Source: Candidatus Eiseniibacteriota bacterium (GTDB lineage: Bacteria; Eisenbacteria; RBG-16-71-46; SZUA-252). From it: a stretch of DNA of 64,000 nt. This document shows, piece after piece, positions 42,572 through 53,074 of this stretch. The DNA lies in assembly GCA_963703225.1 (NCBI GenBank), contig OY969801.1, positions 704,001 through 768,000 on the forward strand, written 5' to 3'. Below the pieces are notes generated by a model that worked only from the letters and a program-made list of their open reading frames with translations, searched no databases and was not told the DNA's origin. The position numbers and the translations under genes were made by a program. The number at the start of each line of letters is the position of its first letter. The first letter of the stretch is position 1.

Positions 42572-43774
42572 ATGAGGTCCTATTTGGGGAAGGTGGCGGT
42601 TCTTGCAATGGCAATGGTGCTGGTCGCCTCGGGGGCCGCGCGCGCCGAATCCAAGGCGCGCACCGACATCTACGGCTACGTCATGATGGACGCTGGATAC
42701 AACTCCATCGGCGTCGATCCGGCCTGGTTCGACGTCCAGCGGCCAACCAAGCTGCCCGCGTCCGAGGACCAGTTCGGGGACAAAGGGAATACGTTCTTCA
42801 GCGCCCGCCAGACGCGATTCGGCGTGAAGTCGTACATCCCGACGGCGAAGGGCGAGCTCAGGACGACGTTTGAATGGGAGATGTTCGGTGTGGGCGTCGA
42901 TGCCGGCCAGACAACCATCCGCCTGCGCCATGCGTATGGCGAGCTGGGCAAGGTTGGGGCCGGCCAGTATTGGAGCCCGTTCATGGATATCGACGTCTTT
43001 CCGAACACGATCGAGTACTGGGGCCCGAACGGCATGGTGTTCTTCCGCAACGTCCAGGTCCGGTACATGCCGATCCAAGGGGACTCGCGTCTGACGTTCG
43101 CGCTCGAGCGGCCGGGCGCCAGCGGCGACGCCGGGGCGTACGCCGGCCGCGTGGAATTGGCCGGCATTACGCCGCGATTCCCGCTGCCGGATCTCTCCGC
43201 GGAGTACCGCATGGCACGGCGCTGGGGCTACGTGGAGCTGTCCGGGATCGTGAGGCGAATCGAGTGGGAGGATCTCTCGGGCGGCCCAGTCGACCTCTCC
43301 GACAAGGTTACCGGGTGGGGTCTCCACGTCAGCTCGAATCTCAAGCCGACCAAGAACGACGTCGTGAGGCTCTCCGTCGTTCATGGAGAGGGCATCGAGA
43401 ACTACATGAACGACGCCCCTGCGGACGTGGGCGTCGAAGTGAGCGGGGGCGGCGCCACGGTCGAGGGCGTGGCCCTTCCGGTGACGGGGGTCGTGGCGTT
43501 CCTCGATCACACGTGGAACGAGAAGTACACCAGCTCGATCGGCTACTCGCAGGTGAACATCGAGAACACCAACGGCCAGGCGCCGGACGCATTCAAGCTG
43601 GGGCAGTACTTCCTCGCCAACCTTCTCTACTCGCCCGTCCCCGATGTCATGATGGGGGTGGAGGGCGGCTGGATTCATCGGGATAACTTCTCGGATGGAT
43701 GGAGTGAGGACGACGCGCACATACAGGTCTCCTTCAAATACAGCTTCTCGACGAGCATCGGAGGTGGGCATTGA
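42572..43774 (+). CDS. DcaP-like trimeric porin
   Basis: Signal peptide; IYGYVMMD, ARQTRFG, RLRHAYGE, GQYWSPF, C-terminal FKYSF strand. Confidence 0.8.
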   Translation: MRSYLGKVAVLAMAMVLVASGAARAESKARTDIYGYVMMDAGYNSIGVDPAWFDVQRPTKLPASEDQFGDKGNTFFSARQTRFGVKSYIPTAKGELRTTFEWEMFGVGVDAGQTTIRLRHAYGELGKVGAGQYWSPFMDIDVFPNTIEYWGPNGMVFFRNVQVRYMPIQGDSRLTFALERPGASGDAGAYAGRVELAGITPRFPLPDLSAEYRMARRWGYVELSGIVRRIEWEDLSGGPVDLSDKVTGWGLHVSSNLKPTKNDVVRLSVVHGEGIENYMNDAPADVGVEVSGGGATVEGVALPVTGVVAFLDHTWNEKYTSSIGYSQVNIENTNGQAPDAFKLGQYFLANLLYSPVPDVMMGVEGGWIHRDNFSDGWSEDDAHIQVSFKYSFSTSIGGGH

Positions 43775-44844
43775 ACACGAAGCGGAATTTGCAAGGGTGG
43801 TTTCGCGCGGGGCTGATGATCGCGGTATCGGTCGCCCTTGCGATCGGAACGGGGCCGGCGCTGGCCGCGAAGGCGGCCAAGCCGGCGGCGCCAGCGCCGG
43901 CGCAGACGGCGATCGACCAGGCCTACGCGAAGTACAAGGACCTCCAAGAGGGGAAGAACGCCGACTACATTCCCGCTCTGGCCAAGGTCGATCCGAATGT
44001 CTTCGGCATCGCGATCGTGACGGTGGACGGCAAGGTCTACACGACGGGCGACATCACGACGCAGGTGTCGATCCAGTCCATCTCGAAGGTGTTCACCATG
44101 GCGAGAGTCATGGAGGAACAAAGCCCGGAGGCGATCATGGACAACATGGGCGTCGACGCGACGGGGCAGGTCTTCAACTCAATCGTGGCCGTCGAGCAGT
44201 ACAAGGGCAGTGAGATGAACGCGATGGTCAATCCGGGCGCCATCACCGCCACGAGCATGATCTCGGGCGCCACTCCGGACGAGATCTGGGGGAAGATCAT
44301 CGGCACGTACAGCGACTTCGCGGGCCGGCCGCTCACGGTCCTGCAGGACGTCTACGAGTCCGAGGCCGCGACGAATCAGCGCAATCAGGCCATCGCGATG
44401 CTCATGTACGCCTATGGGCACATCAAGGACAAGCCGCTCCAAGCCTGCGACATCTACACCAAGCAGTGCTCCGTCGGGGTCAACGCCAAGGACCTGGCCA
44501 TGATGGCGGCGACACTGGCGAACGGCGGGAAGAATCCGGTGACGGGGAAGCAGGTCGTCAACAACGCGAACGTTCCTGAGATTCTGGCCGTCATGGCGAC
44601 GGCCGGGCTCTACGACGATACCGGCAAGTGGCTCTTTAGGACCGGGCTGCCCGCGAAGAGCGGCGTTGGGGGCGGTATCATCGCGGTTTCCCCCGGCAAG
44701 TTCGGCATCGCGGTGGTTTCGCCTCCGCTCGATGGGGCGGGAAACAGCGTGAAGGCGCAGAAGGCGATCGCGGACATCTCGAACGCACTGGGCGGCAATC
44801 CGTACGCGGTGCAGCCGAAGGCGATGGCGACGACTTCCAAGTAA
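43771..44844 (+). CDS. glsA: Glutaminase with N-terminal signal peptide
   Basis: GKNADYIPALA, SIQSISK (SxxK), VNPGAI, YTKQCS, PAKSGVGGG, SPPLD..GNS. Confidence 0.92.
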   Translation: MNTKRNLQGWFRAGLMIAVSVALAIGTGPALAAKAAKPAAPAPAQTAIDQAYAKYKDLQEGKNADYIPALAKVDPNVFGIAIVTVDGKVYTTGDITTQVSIQSISKVFTMARVMEEQSPEAIMDNMGVDATGQVFNSIVAVEQYKGSEMNAMVNPGAITATSMISGATPDEIWGKIIGTYSDFAGRPLTVLQDVYESEAATNQRNQAIAMLMYAYGHIKDKPLQACDIYTKQCSVGVNAKDLAMMAATLANGGKNPVTGKQVVNNANVPEILAVMATAGLYDDTGKWLFRTGLPAKSGVGGGIIAVSPGKFGIAVVSPPLDGAGNSVKAQKAIADISNALGGNPYAVQPKAMATTSK

Positions 44845-44925
44845 CAGGTCGTTCCTCGCGCGGGGCCCCGGCCGCGAGCAACAATCGCGGAAGGAATTGA
44901 CCAACAACGAAGAGGGGGGTGAATC

Positions 44926-46489
44926 ATGAGTCGCCGATTGGGGTATCGCCGCGGGGTCGTCCTGGCATCGACGGCGGCCGCGATTGTGTTCGGATTTCTT
45001 TACCTGGCGTGCGCGCCGCCGGCCGCGAGAGCGGCCGCGAAGTCAGCCAAGCCCGCCAAGTCGGCGGCTCCAGCCCGGCCGTGAGAGTGGAGAAGGATCT
45101 ACTCGGAGAGAAGGAGATCCCGGCGTCCGCCTACTACGGCGTCCAGACGGCCCGCGCGCTTGAGAATTTCCAGATTTCCGGCGTCCCGATCAACCACTAC
45201 CCGGGCTTCGTCGAGGCGTGGGCCATCGTCAAGCTGGCCGCCGCCCGGGCCAACACCGATGTCGGGGCCATGAAGCCCGAGACCCTTGCGGCGATCGAGA
45301 AGGCGTGCGAGGCCGTTCGCGACGGCAAGTACAACGATCAGTTCATGGTCGATTGGTACCAGGGCGGCGCCGGCACTTCGACGAACATGAACGCGAACGA
45401 GGTGCTCGCCAACGTGGCGCTCGAGCTGAGCGGCCACAAGAAGGGCGAGTACAGCATCGTCGATCCGCACGACGACCTGAACATGTCGCAGTCGACAAAC
45501 GACTCGTACCCGACCGCGATCAAGGTCGCCGTTCTTCTGCGCAACGACAAGCTCATCGCCGAGCTGGAGCAGCTCGCGGCCTCGTTCCGGAAGAAGGGCG
45601 ACGCGTATCTCAGGATCGTGAAGATGGGGCGGACGGAGCTGCAGGACGCGGTGCCCATGACGGTCGGCCAGGAGTTCCACGCCTTCGCCGCCTCGCTCGA
45701 GAGCGAGATCGCTCTGCTGCGCGACGCGGAGAAGTACCTCTACCACGTGAACATGGGAGCGACGGCGATCGGCACGGGAATCAACGTGCCCAAGGGTTAC
45801 CCGGAGAAGTGCGCGGCGCACCTGGCCGAGCTGACGGGGAAGCCCATCGTGCCGGCCGAGGACATGCTGGCCGCGACCTGGGATCAGCAGGGATTCGTCG
45901 TCTACTCGAGCGCCTGAAGAGCGTCGCGATCAAGCTGGCCAAGATCTCGAGCGACCTGATCCTGCTCACGTCGGGGCCGCGCGCGGGGCTGTCCGAGATC
46001 AACCTGCCGGCGCTCCAGCCGGGCTCGTCCATCATGCCGGGCAAGGTCAACCCGGTCGTCCCCGAGGTGGTGGGCATCGTCGCCTTCCGCGTGATGGGAA
46101 ATGACTACAGCGTGACCCTGGCCGCGCACAGCGGCCAGCTCCAGCTCAACGCCTACGAGCCGCTGAACGGCCTGATGATCATCGAGTCGCAGCACCTGCT
46201 CTTCAACGTCTCCAAGCTCTTCCGGACCAAGTGCGTCGACGGCATCACGGTCAACGAGAAGGTGCTGGAGCACTACATGGAGACCACGGTCGGCATCGTG
46301 ACCGCGCTGAATCCGGTGTTCGGCTACGAGAAGGCGACCGAGCTGGCGAATGAGGCCTACAAGAGCGGCAAGGGAATTCTCGAGGTCATCCGGGAGAAGA
46401 AGATCCTGACCGAAGCAGCAGATCGCGGACCTGCTGGATCCGATCAAGCTCACCAATCTCGATCCGAATCTGTATAAGAGACGAAGTAG
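44926..46489 (+). CDS. aspA: Aspartate ammonia-lyase, probably with signal peptide; frameshifts near 45080, 45912 and 46415
   Basis: YYGVQTARA, QGGAGTSTNMNANEV, SQSTND, KMGRTELQDA, GSSIMPGKVNPV; ends approximate. Confidence 0.88.
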
Positions 46490-46516
46490 ACATCGGTTTC
46501 CGAAAGGAGTCGGATC

Positions 46517-47585
46517 ATGAAGACCCTACGAATCGCAAGCGCGCTTGGAGCGGCCGCCTTGGTTGTTGCGGTCGCCGCATGCGCCCAGAGCACAAAGAAA
46601 CCACAGGTCGTCATCGTCGCGACCGGCGGAACGATCGCCGGCGCTGCGCCGTCGCAGACCGAGGCGGGCTACAAGTCCGGCGCGGTCGGCGTCGACATCC
46701 TGATCAACGCGGTCCCGCAGCTCAAGGACATCGCCGACGTCACCGGCGAGCAGGTCGCGAGCATCGGCAGCCAGGACATGAACGACGAGGTGTGGCTCAA
46801 GCTCGGGAAAAAGGTGAACGAGATTCTCGCGACGCCCGACGTGAACGGGGTCGCGATCACGCACGGCACCGACACGATGGAGGAGACCTCGTACTTCCTG
46901 GATCTCGTCGTCAAGAGCGACAAGCCGGTGGTGCTGACCGGCTCGATGCGGCCCTCGACCGCGATGAGCGCGGACGGCCCGCTGAACATCTACAACGCGG
47001 TGGCGATCGCGGCCGATCCGATGGCCCGCGGCCGCGGAGTGCTGGTCACCGTGGACGACGACATTCACTCGGCGCACGACATCGTCAAGACGCACACGAC
47101 GGACGTCGGGACGATGAGTTCCGGCGAGGCCGGGCTGGTCGGTGCGACGTTGTTCGGCAAGAACACGTGGTATCGGATGCCGACCAAGGTCCACACGACG
47201 AAGAGCGAGATGAGCATCGACGGCGTGACCGCGCTGCCGCGCGTGGACATCATCTACGCGCACGCGAACATGTCGCCCGACGTGATCACCTCCGCCGTCC
47301 AGAACGGCGCCAAGGGACTGGTGATCGCCGGTGTCGGCGACGGCAACATGACGGCGCCGGCCGTCGAGGCAGTCAAGGCAGCGGCGGCCAAGGGAGTGGT
47401 CGTCGTGCGCTCGTCTCGCGACCAACGGCGGCATCATCCGTCGGAACATCGAAGTCAGCGACGACGAGCTGGGAACGGTGGCCTCGATGGAGCTGAATCC
47501 GGGGAAGGCGCGCGTCCTGCTCCAGCTGGCGCTGTTGAAGACGCAGGATCCGAAGAAGATCCAGGACTACTTCAATCGGTACTAG
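46517..47585 (+). CDS. ansB: Type II L-asparaginase (exported); frameshift near 47420
   Basis: Signal/lipobox AVAAC; ATGGTIAG, GSQDM, HGTDTMEE, GSMRP, GVGDGN; shifted tail LNPGKARVLLQLAL..YFNRY*. Confidence 0.92.
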
Positions 47586-47593
47586 GAGGTTGC

Positions 47594-48926
47594 GTGACGT
47601 TGACCCATCACACGCTGCGTAGCGTCGGACGTGGGAGAGAAAGGACCGCTCTGCGGCTGGTGCTCGGCATCGCCGTACTCGCGGTCTTGCTCTTCCCCCG
47701 CGCTGCGCGGAGCCAATCGGGCATGGGGCTGGTGGGAACGACCGCAACCGTCGATACCACGCTCGAGGCTGGAGAGGCGGACGCGCAGAGGAAGCCGGAA
47801 GAGCGAGGACTGAACAAGTACAACCACTGGGACTTTGGGTTCACTACGTTCCGGGTCGGATATGGACTTGCTTGGGACTTCGCGACCTATTCCCAGGATG
47901 ATGCCGCCAAGCAGCAGGTTGTGTCCGAGCGGAATAACGGATTGCGCGATACGCGGCTTCTGTTCCGGGGCAAGTTCAAAACGAAACGACCGATCACCTG
48001 GACGATGGGCTACATGTACGACGCACCACTCGACGATTGGTTCTTCCGTCAAACGGGATTTATGGTCGGAGTGCCCGAGATCTCGAGCCACTTCTTCATC
48101 GGTCGTACGAAGGAGGGCTATTCACAGTACAAGCACATGATCGGCTACGACCTGTGGACCTTCGAGCGAAACCCATTCCTCGACGCGTTCATCCCCATTC
48201 TCGGGGACGGGATCAAGTGGATCGGGGCGGCGCCGAAGCAGAATCTCGTGTGGCAGCTGGCCTATTTCAGCGACTTCATCGACGATAATGCAAAGTTCGC
48301 CACCTATGACCATCAGGTGGTGGCTCGAATCGTCTGGCTTCCCGCGCTCACGAGTAAGAGGGTGGTGCACCTTGGGCTCATGGGGCGGGATGCCAAGCCC
48401 GACAACGGCCAGTTCCGGGCTCGATCGCGCCCCGAGGATTGGCTCTCGCCGTACTACGTGGACACGGGCACATTCGCCACATCGCACGCAAGAACGCTGG
48501 GAGGGGAGGCTTACTACCGAGACGGTCCGTGGCTCGTCGGAGGGGAATACGGCTGGCAATTCTTCGACGCTCCTGTCTCGGGAGATCCCGTGTTCCATGG
48601 CGGCAACATCAGCGTCGCGTGGCTGATCACGGGCGAGACGCGGCCGTACAACCGGGTCAGCGCCTACTTCAATGCGGTGTCACCGAAGCGGACGGTCTTC
48701 GAAGGTGGTCCCGGAGCCTGGGAAGCATCCCTGAACGTGTCCTATATCGATCTCGACGACGGCACACTGCGGGGAGGTAAGTACTGGAGAGTGACGCCGG
48801 CGATCCTGTGGCACCTGATGGACTACATGCGGATCCAGGCGGAGTACGGCTATGGCGCACTCGATCGTTTCGACCTCGAGCGGAAAGACGCATTTCTTTC
48901 AGCTGCGCCTGTTCACGGGACTTTGA
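47594..48926 (+). CDS. OprO/OprP-like porin; frameshift near 48880
   Basis: AGGAGG SD; signal peptide; IGRTKEGYS, FERN, HLG, RSRPE, WLITGETRPY, GAWE, YIDL. Confidence 0.75.
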
Positions 48927-48998
48927 TCGGTAGCATTCAAGTCGGGCGACGCAGTTCCTCCAACTCCGGTTCCAAACCACCCTCTAGAGGATTCGACC

Positions 48999-50375
48999 GT
49001 GTCCCTTCAACGAATAGCCATGGTTGTAGCTCGCGTAGCGGTGCTCGTTGGAATGTGTTTTGCGAGTTTCCCGGCTGCGGGCCGGGCGCAGGATGAGGCG
49101 CCGGTAACCGCTGCTGAAGCGGACACGACCGGGAAGAGCGCTACTCGCAAGCGGATACGACCAAGGAAGTCTATTCGAACGAACTGCTCGGAGCAGTTCT
49201 CTCCGGGCTCGGGCTTCGACATCCTGAGAACGAAGCGGGGCAGCCTGAACATCAGCTTCTACGGGCTGCTTCCGGTACGTGAACCAGCTCCCCGCGACGC
49301 CAGACCTTCACGGACCACTTGGGGCGGGAGCGCGCGCGTCAAGACGAACAACATGATCAACTGGCACCGAACGTTCGTGTGGCTGACCGGCTTCTTCTAC
49401 GACCAGAAGTTCCGGTACAACATCTCACTCTGGTCTCTTCCGACGACCCAGCAGACCCTGCTTGTTCGGAAATCTGCGCTACATCGTCAGCAAGCCGCTG
49501 GTGTTTGGTGTCGGTCTTGGGCCGAACCTGACCGCCCGATCGATGCAGGGATCGTGGCCCTATTGGGCCTCGAGCGACCGGCAGATGGGGGAGGAGTTCT
49601 TCCGAGGCGGATTCTCGTCCTCGGTCTGGGTCACGGGCGAGCCGCATGTCCGCGCTTCTTGGTATACGGCCGCCGTGACGAACAACCTGAGCCAGCTCGG
49701 GGTCATTGCGGCGAACGACACGCGGAACATGGGCGTACAGCGCCAGCTGTCTGGACGATGCCCACGACGGGCGAGTTCGGTCCGCGAGGCGGGTTCGGCG
49801 ACATGGAGCACCACGAGCGAGTGGCCACCCGGTTCGGGCGTCCGGCGGCGCACAGCCGAGAGAGCCGCTACGCCCAGCTCAACCAGCCGCCAAACGCGAC
49901 CCAGATCCGGCTCTCGGATGGCGTCTTCCCGTTCGAGGCGGGCGCCCTGGCGGACACCGTGACGGTCGAATACCCTCGACTACGACGAGATGGCCTTCGA
50001 CGCGGCTTCAAGTACAAGGGCTTCTCGTTCCAGGGCGAGTACTACGTGCGGAGGCTCTCGAACTTCGACGCCACCGGCCCGCTGCCGCTCAGCTCCATCA
50101 CGGACCATGGGTTCATGGCCGAGGCGATGCACATGGTCGTGCCCAAGAAGTTGGGCCTGTACGCCGCGACGGGCTACGTCTGGGACGATTTCAAGCGGCA
50201 CCCGTGGGAGGTCGCCGGCGGCGCCAGCTTCTTCCCGTACGGGAATCGGGTCAGTGGCGCCTGAATCTGCACGTGATCCGGGTCGAGAAGTCTCCGACCG
50301 GATCAAGTCTTCGGCTTCTACACGGCCGGCCAGAGCGGAACCACGATCTCGCTCGGGACCGACATTCTGCTCTAA
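48999..50375 (+). CDS. Exported hypothetical protein, probable outer-membrane beta-barrel; several frameshifts
   Basis: Signal peptide ending GRA; aromatic beta-strand segments across ORFs 48999..50264 and 49462..49962; TAATG overlap with next gene. Confidence 0.6.
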
Positions 50376-51928
50376 TGGGCCGCACATTCCGAATCCGCAC
50401 GGCCGCCCTGGTCGCATGGGCGGCCGTGCTTCTTCTCGCTCCATGGACGGCGCCCCGCGCGTCCGCCGCGGAGCCCTCCAAGAAAGCCCCGTCCAAGAGC
50501 GTCTCGGCTCAGCTCAAGGAACAGAAACAATTGATCGAGGCCCAGCAGGCGCAGATTGAAGGGCAGAAGGCCGAGATCGAGAGCCAGAAGACGCGGATCG
50601 AGGGCCAGGCCGCGGCGGCCGACAGTCAGGCGGTGAAGATCGACTCCCTGGAGGTAAGGCTTCAGACGCTAGAGGAGCAATTGGCCGCCCTGAAGACAAG
50701 ACTCGCGGGGGTGGAGATGGGCCTGGGGCACGCGGCCCCCGACAGCCTCATCGAGGCGAGGCTCAAGGCGATTGAGGACGAGACGAAGAAGGCTCCGGAG
50801 CTGCCGCCGGACGTCGTGTCCGCTGGGGACTTCCCCGGCTCCATGCGGATTCCCGGAACCGATGCGGCCATCAAATTCGGTGGCCGCGTGCGCACCGCAG
50901 CGGTCTTCACGCTGGATCCCCTGGGAACGGACGACCGCTTTCTCACGAACTCGATCCCAGTTGGAGTGCCTTCGATCAGCGGCGAAGACAAGCGGACGAA
51001 CATCTCCGCGCGGGCAAGCCGGCTCAACACCGAATTTCGTACGCCCATTGGGGCGCAGGAAGTCCGGGCCTTTTTCGAAGGCGACTTCGCGGGCGAGAAC
51101 AACACGTTTCGCCTTCGGCACGCGTACGCCCAGTTCCTTGGTTTCATTGTGGGACAGACCTGGTCGACGTTTTCGGATCCCGCCACCAATCTCGAGGACC
51201 TCGACTTCGAGGGGGTGAGCTCGGAAAACATTATCCGGCAGCCCCTCATTCGCTACTGGTGGTATGTGGACCCCAAGACGCGCGCGGCGTTCGCGATCGA
51301 AAATCCGTCCGTCTCCATCACCGGCGGCCAAGGAGTCAACCTGCTGCCCGACATCGTCGGGAGGGTCGTCCGTGAGGGTAAGAACGGCGGCCACCTGCAG
51401 GTGGCCACCGTGATTCGTCAGATTCGCGGCGAAGCAATTCCCGGGGACGTGCGGTCCGATTGGGGATGGGGACTGAGCGGGAGCGGCGTCTTGCCGTTCA
51501 AGTTCAAGACATTGCAAGATCGCGTGATCTTTCAGGCAAACGGTGGGGAGGGGATCGCGCGGTACATCAACGACCTCCAATCCCTGGGTGGTCAGGACGC
51601 GGTGTTCGACACGACGACCGGGGACCTGAAGGCGTTGCCGGCATTCGGGTGGTACATCGCGTACGAACACGCCTGGAAGGAGTGGAAGGGGGCTGAGACG
51701 ATGAACCTCCGGTCCACCCTCCTTTGGAGCTTTGTCGACGTTCTCAATTTCGACTTTCAACCTCCCGATGCCTATCGCAGAACTCATCGCCTCGCGATCA
51801 ATGTCGTGTTCTCGCCGGCCAAGAGGGTCGATGTCGGCCTCGAGTTCATCAATGGGCATAGGGAGAACAAGGACGGAGAGCACGCGAGCGCAAATCAGGT
51901 GCAGCTCGTGACGCTGATTCGCTTCTAG
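50375..51928 (+). CDS. DcaP-like porin with N-terminal coiled coil
   Basis: Signal peptide; heptad Q/E-rich segment; FPGSMRIPGT, RASRL, FEGDF, FRLRHAY, GQTWSTF; terminal Phe. Confidence 0.8.
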   Translation: MGRTFRIRTAALVAWAAVLLLAPWTAPRASAAEPSKKAPSKSVSAQLKEQKQLIEAQQAQIEGQKAEIESQKTRIEGQAAAADSQAVKIDSLEVRLQTLEEQLAALKTRLAGVEMGLGHAAPDSLIEARLKAIEDETKKAPELPPDVVSAGDFPGSMRIPGTDAAIKFGGRVRTAAVFTLDPLGTDDRFLTNSIPVGVPSISGEDKRTNISARASRLNTEFRTPIGAQEVRAFFEGDFAGENNTFRLRHAYAQFLGFIVGQTWSTFSDPATNLEDLDFEGVSSENIIRQPLIRYWWYVDPKTRAAFAIENPSVSITGGQGVNLLPDIVGRVVREGKNGGHLQVATVIRQIRGEAIPGDVRSDWGWGLSGSGVLPFKFKTLQDRVIFQANGGEGIARYINDLQSLGGQDAVFDTTTGDLKALPAFGWYIAYEHAWKEWKGAETMNLRSTLLWSFVDVLNFDFQPPDAYRRTHRLAINVVFSPAKRVDVGLEFINGHRENKDGEHASANQVQLVTLIRF

Positions 51929-51967
51929 CCGGCGTGGTCGGCGCACGCCGCACGCCTGTCGAGGGCC

Positions 51968-53062
51968 CTATCGAGCCTTGGAGTTATCCATCGCGTCGGG
52001 TGAGCTCAGGGCGGACGGACCGATGCGGACCGTGCCGCCGTCCGGCGCGTCCGGCGCGACCTCGGTCACGGTTTGGATCCGCGCAGGGTCGCCGAGCGCC
52101 AGCTCCGCGAGCGCGGAGGTGACGCGGCCTGCGAGGAGTTGTGATTGCTCCAATGTCCGCGCGGTTGCCGTCACACGGATGGGCTGGGAGCTACGGGGTG
52201 CCTGATTGAGCCATCCGGCCGCCTCGATCATAACCGGCGGAATGGTCCTCTGCGCTCCGGCGCCCGCCGCTCTCGACGCGGCCCCCGCCTTGTGTCCCGC
52301 GAGCAGGCTCTGCCCGGAGAAGACCAGCGTCGGGCCTTCAGCCGAGTCGAGCCGATAGGCGGACACGCTGAAGCCCTCGCCAACGAAATTCCGCTTGTTT
52401 CCTGCGCGGTCGTAGGCCTCGAAGATGTAGGAGTAGGTGACCCCCGGCGATACGAGAGCGCCCGCGGCGGAGCGCCCGTCCCACGCGATCTCCCGTGGAG
52501 GATCGCCCTTGCCATCGAACGTGGTCACGGTTTGGCCCTTCGAGTCGGCTACGACGAGCTTCCACCGCTCGACGCCTTTCACGTTGGGCTGAAAGCGCGC
52601 CACCGGCCCCGTCGCAAACTGGCGAAGCCACGGGTGCGCCACGTAGGGCGAGATTCCCACCGCCGAGCCCGCGAGGTAGGCGGTCAGCAGGTCCGGCGGC
52701 ACGCGGTTCAAGACGTCGCCCGCCAAGCCCGATTCGAGGCCGCCGACCTTTTCGGGATCGAGGTCGAGCGTGAGCGGCGGGCGCTCGATGTCGAGGTGTA
52801 CGTGGTCTTCGCCCTCGACGGTCAGCGTGCGGAGGTCGGTCCGCTCTTGCCCGCCGCGAAGCGTCATGCTCGTGTCGACCTTCGCCTCGGTATTCCGCGG
52901 CGCGGGGGAGGTCGCCTGCTTCAGCGCCGCCTCGGAGACGGGGGGGCGCGCCGGAGCCGCGGCTTCGAGCCGAGAGCCACCGGCCAGGGCCAGCACGCTC
53001 AGAGCCACGATCCAAGGGAGGGCCAGACCGAAGCGCTCGGCCACATCACGTTGGTATGACAT
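51968..53062 (-). CDS. Exported protein with FlgD-like Ig domain
   Basis: Signal peptide; WKLVVADSKG..VTTFDGKG..WDGR..G..YSY..AYDRAGN. Confidence 0.7.
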   Translation of the reverse strand: MSYQRDVAERFGLALPWIVALSVLALAGGSRLEAAAPARPPVSEAALKQATSPAPRNTEAKVDTSMTLRGGQERTDLRTLTVEGEDHVHLDIERPPLTLDLDPEKVGGLESGLAGDVLNRVPPDLLTAYLAGSAVGISPYVAHPWLRQFATGPVARFQPNVKGVERWKLVVADSKGQTVTTFDGKGDPPREIAWDGRSAAGALVSPGVTYSYIFEAYDRAGNKRNFVGEGFSVSAYRLDSAEGPTLVFSGQSLLAGHKAGAASRAAGAGAQRTIPPVMIEAAGWLNQAPRSSQPIRVTATARTLEQSQLLAGRVTSALAELALGDPARIQTVTEVAPDAPDGGTVRIGPSALSSPDAMDNSKAR

Positions 53063-53074
53063 CAAAAACCTCCT

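Noticed and set aside
45905..45920. In-frame TGA in aspA (and at about 7945 in the C25 gene) as selenocysteine or programmed recoding
   Set aside because: The protein continues in a different frame, which fits an indel; no slippery site or SECIS-like hairpin was evident.
46517..49096. Apparent 859-aa asparaginase-porin fusion
   Set aside because: A frameshift near 47420 hides the asparaginase stop at 47585; the porin has its own SD and signal peptide.
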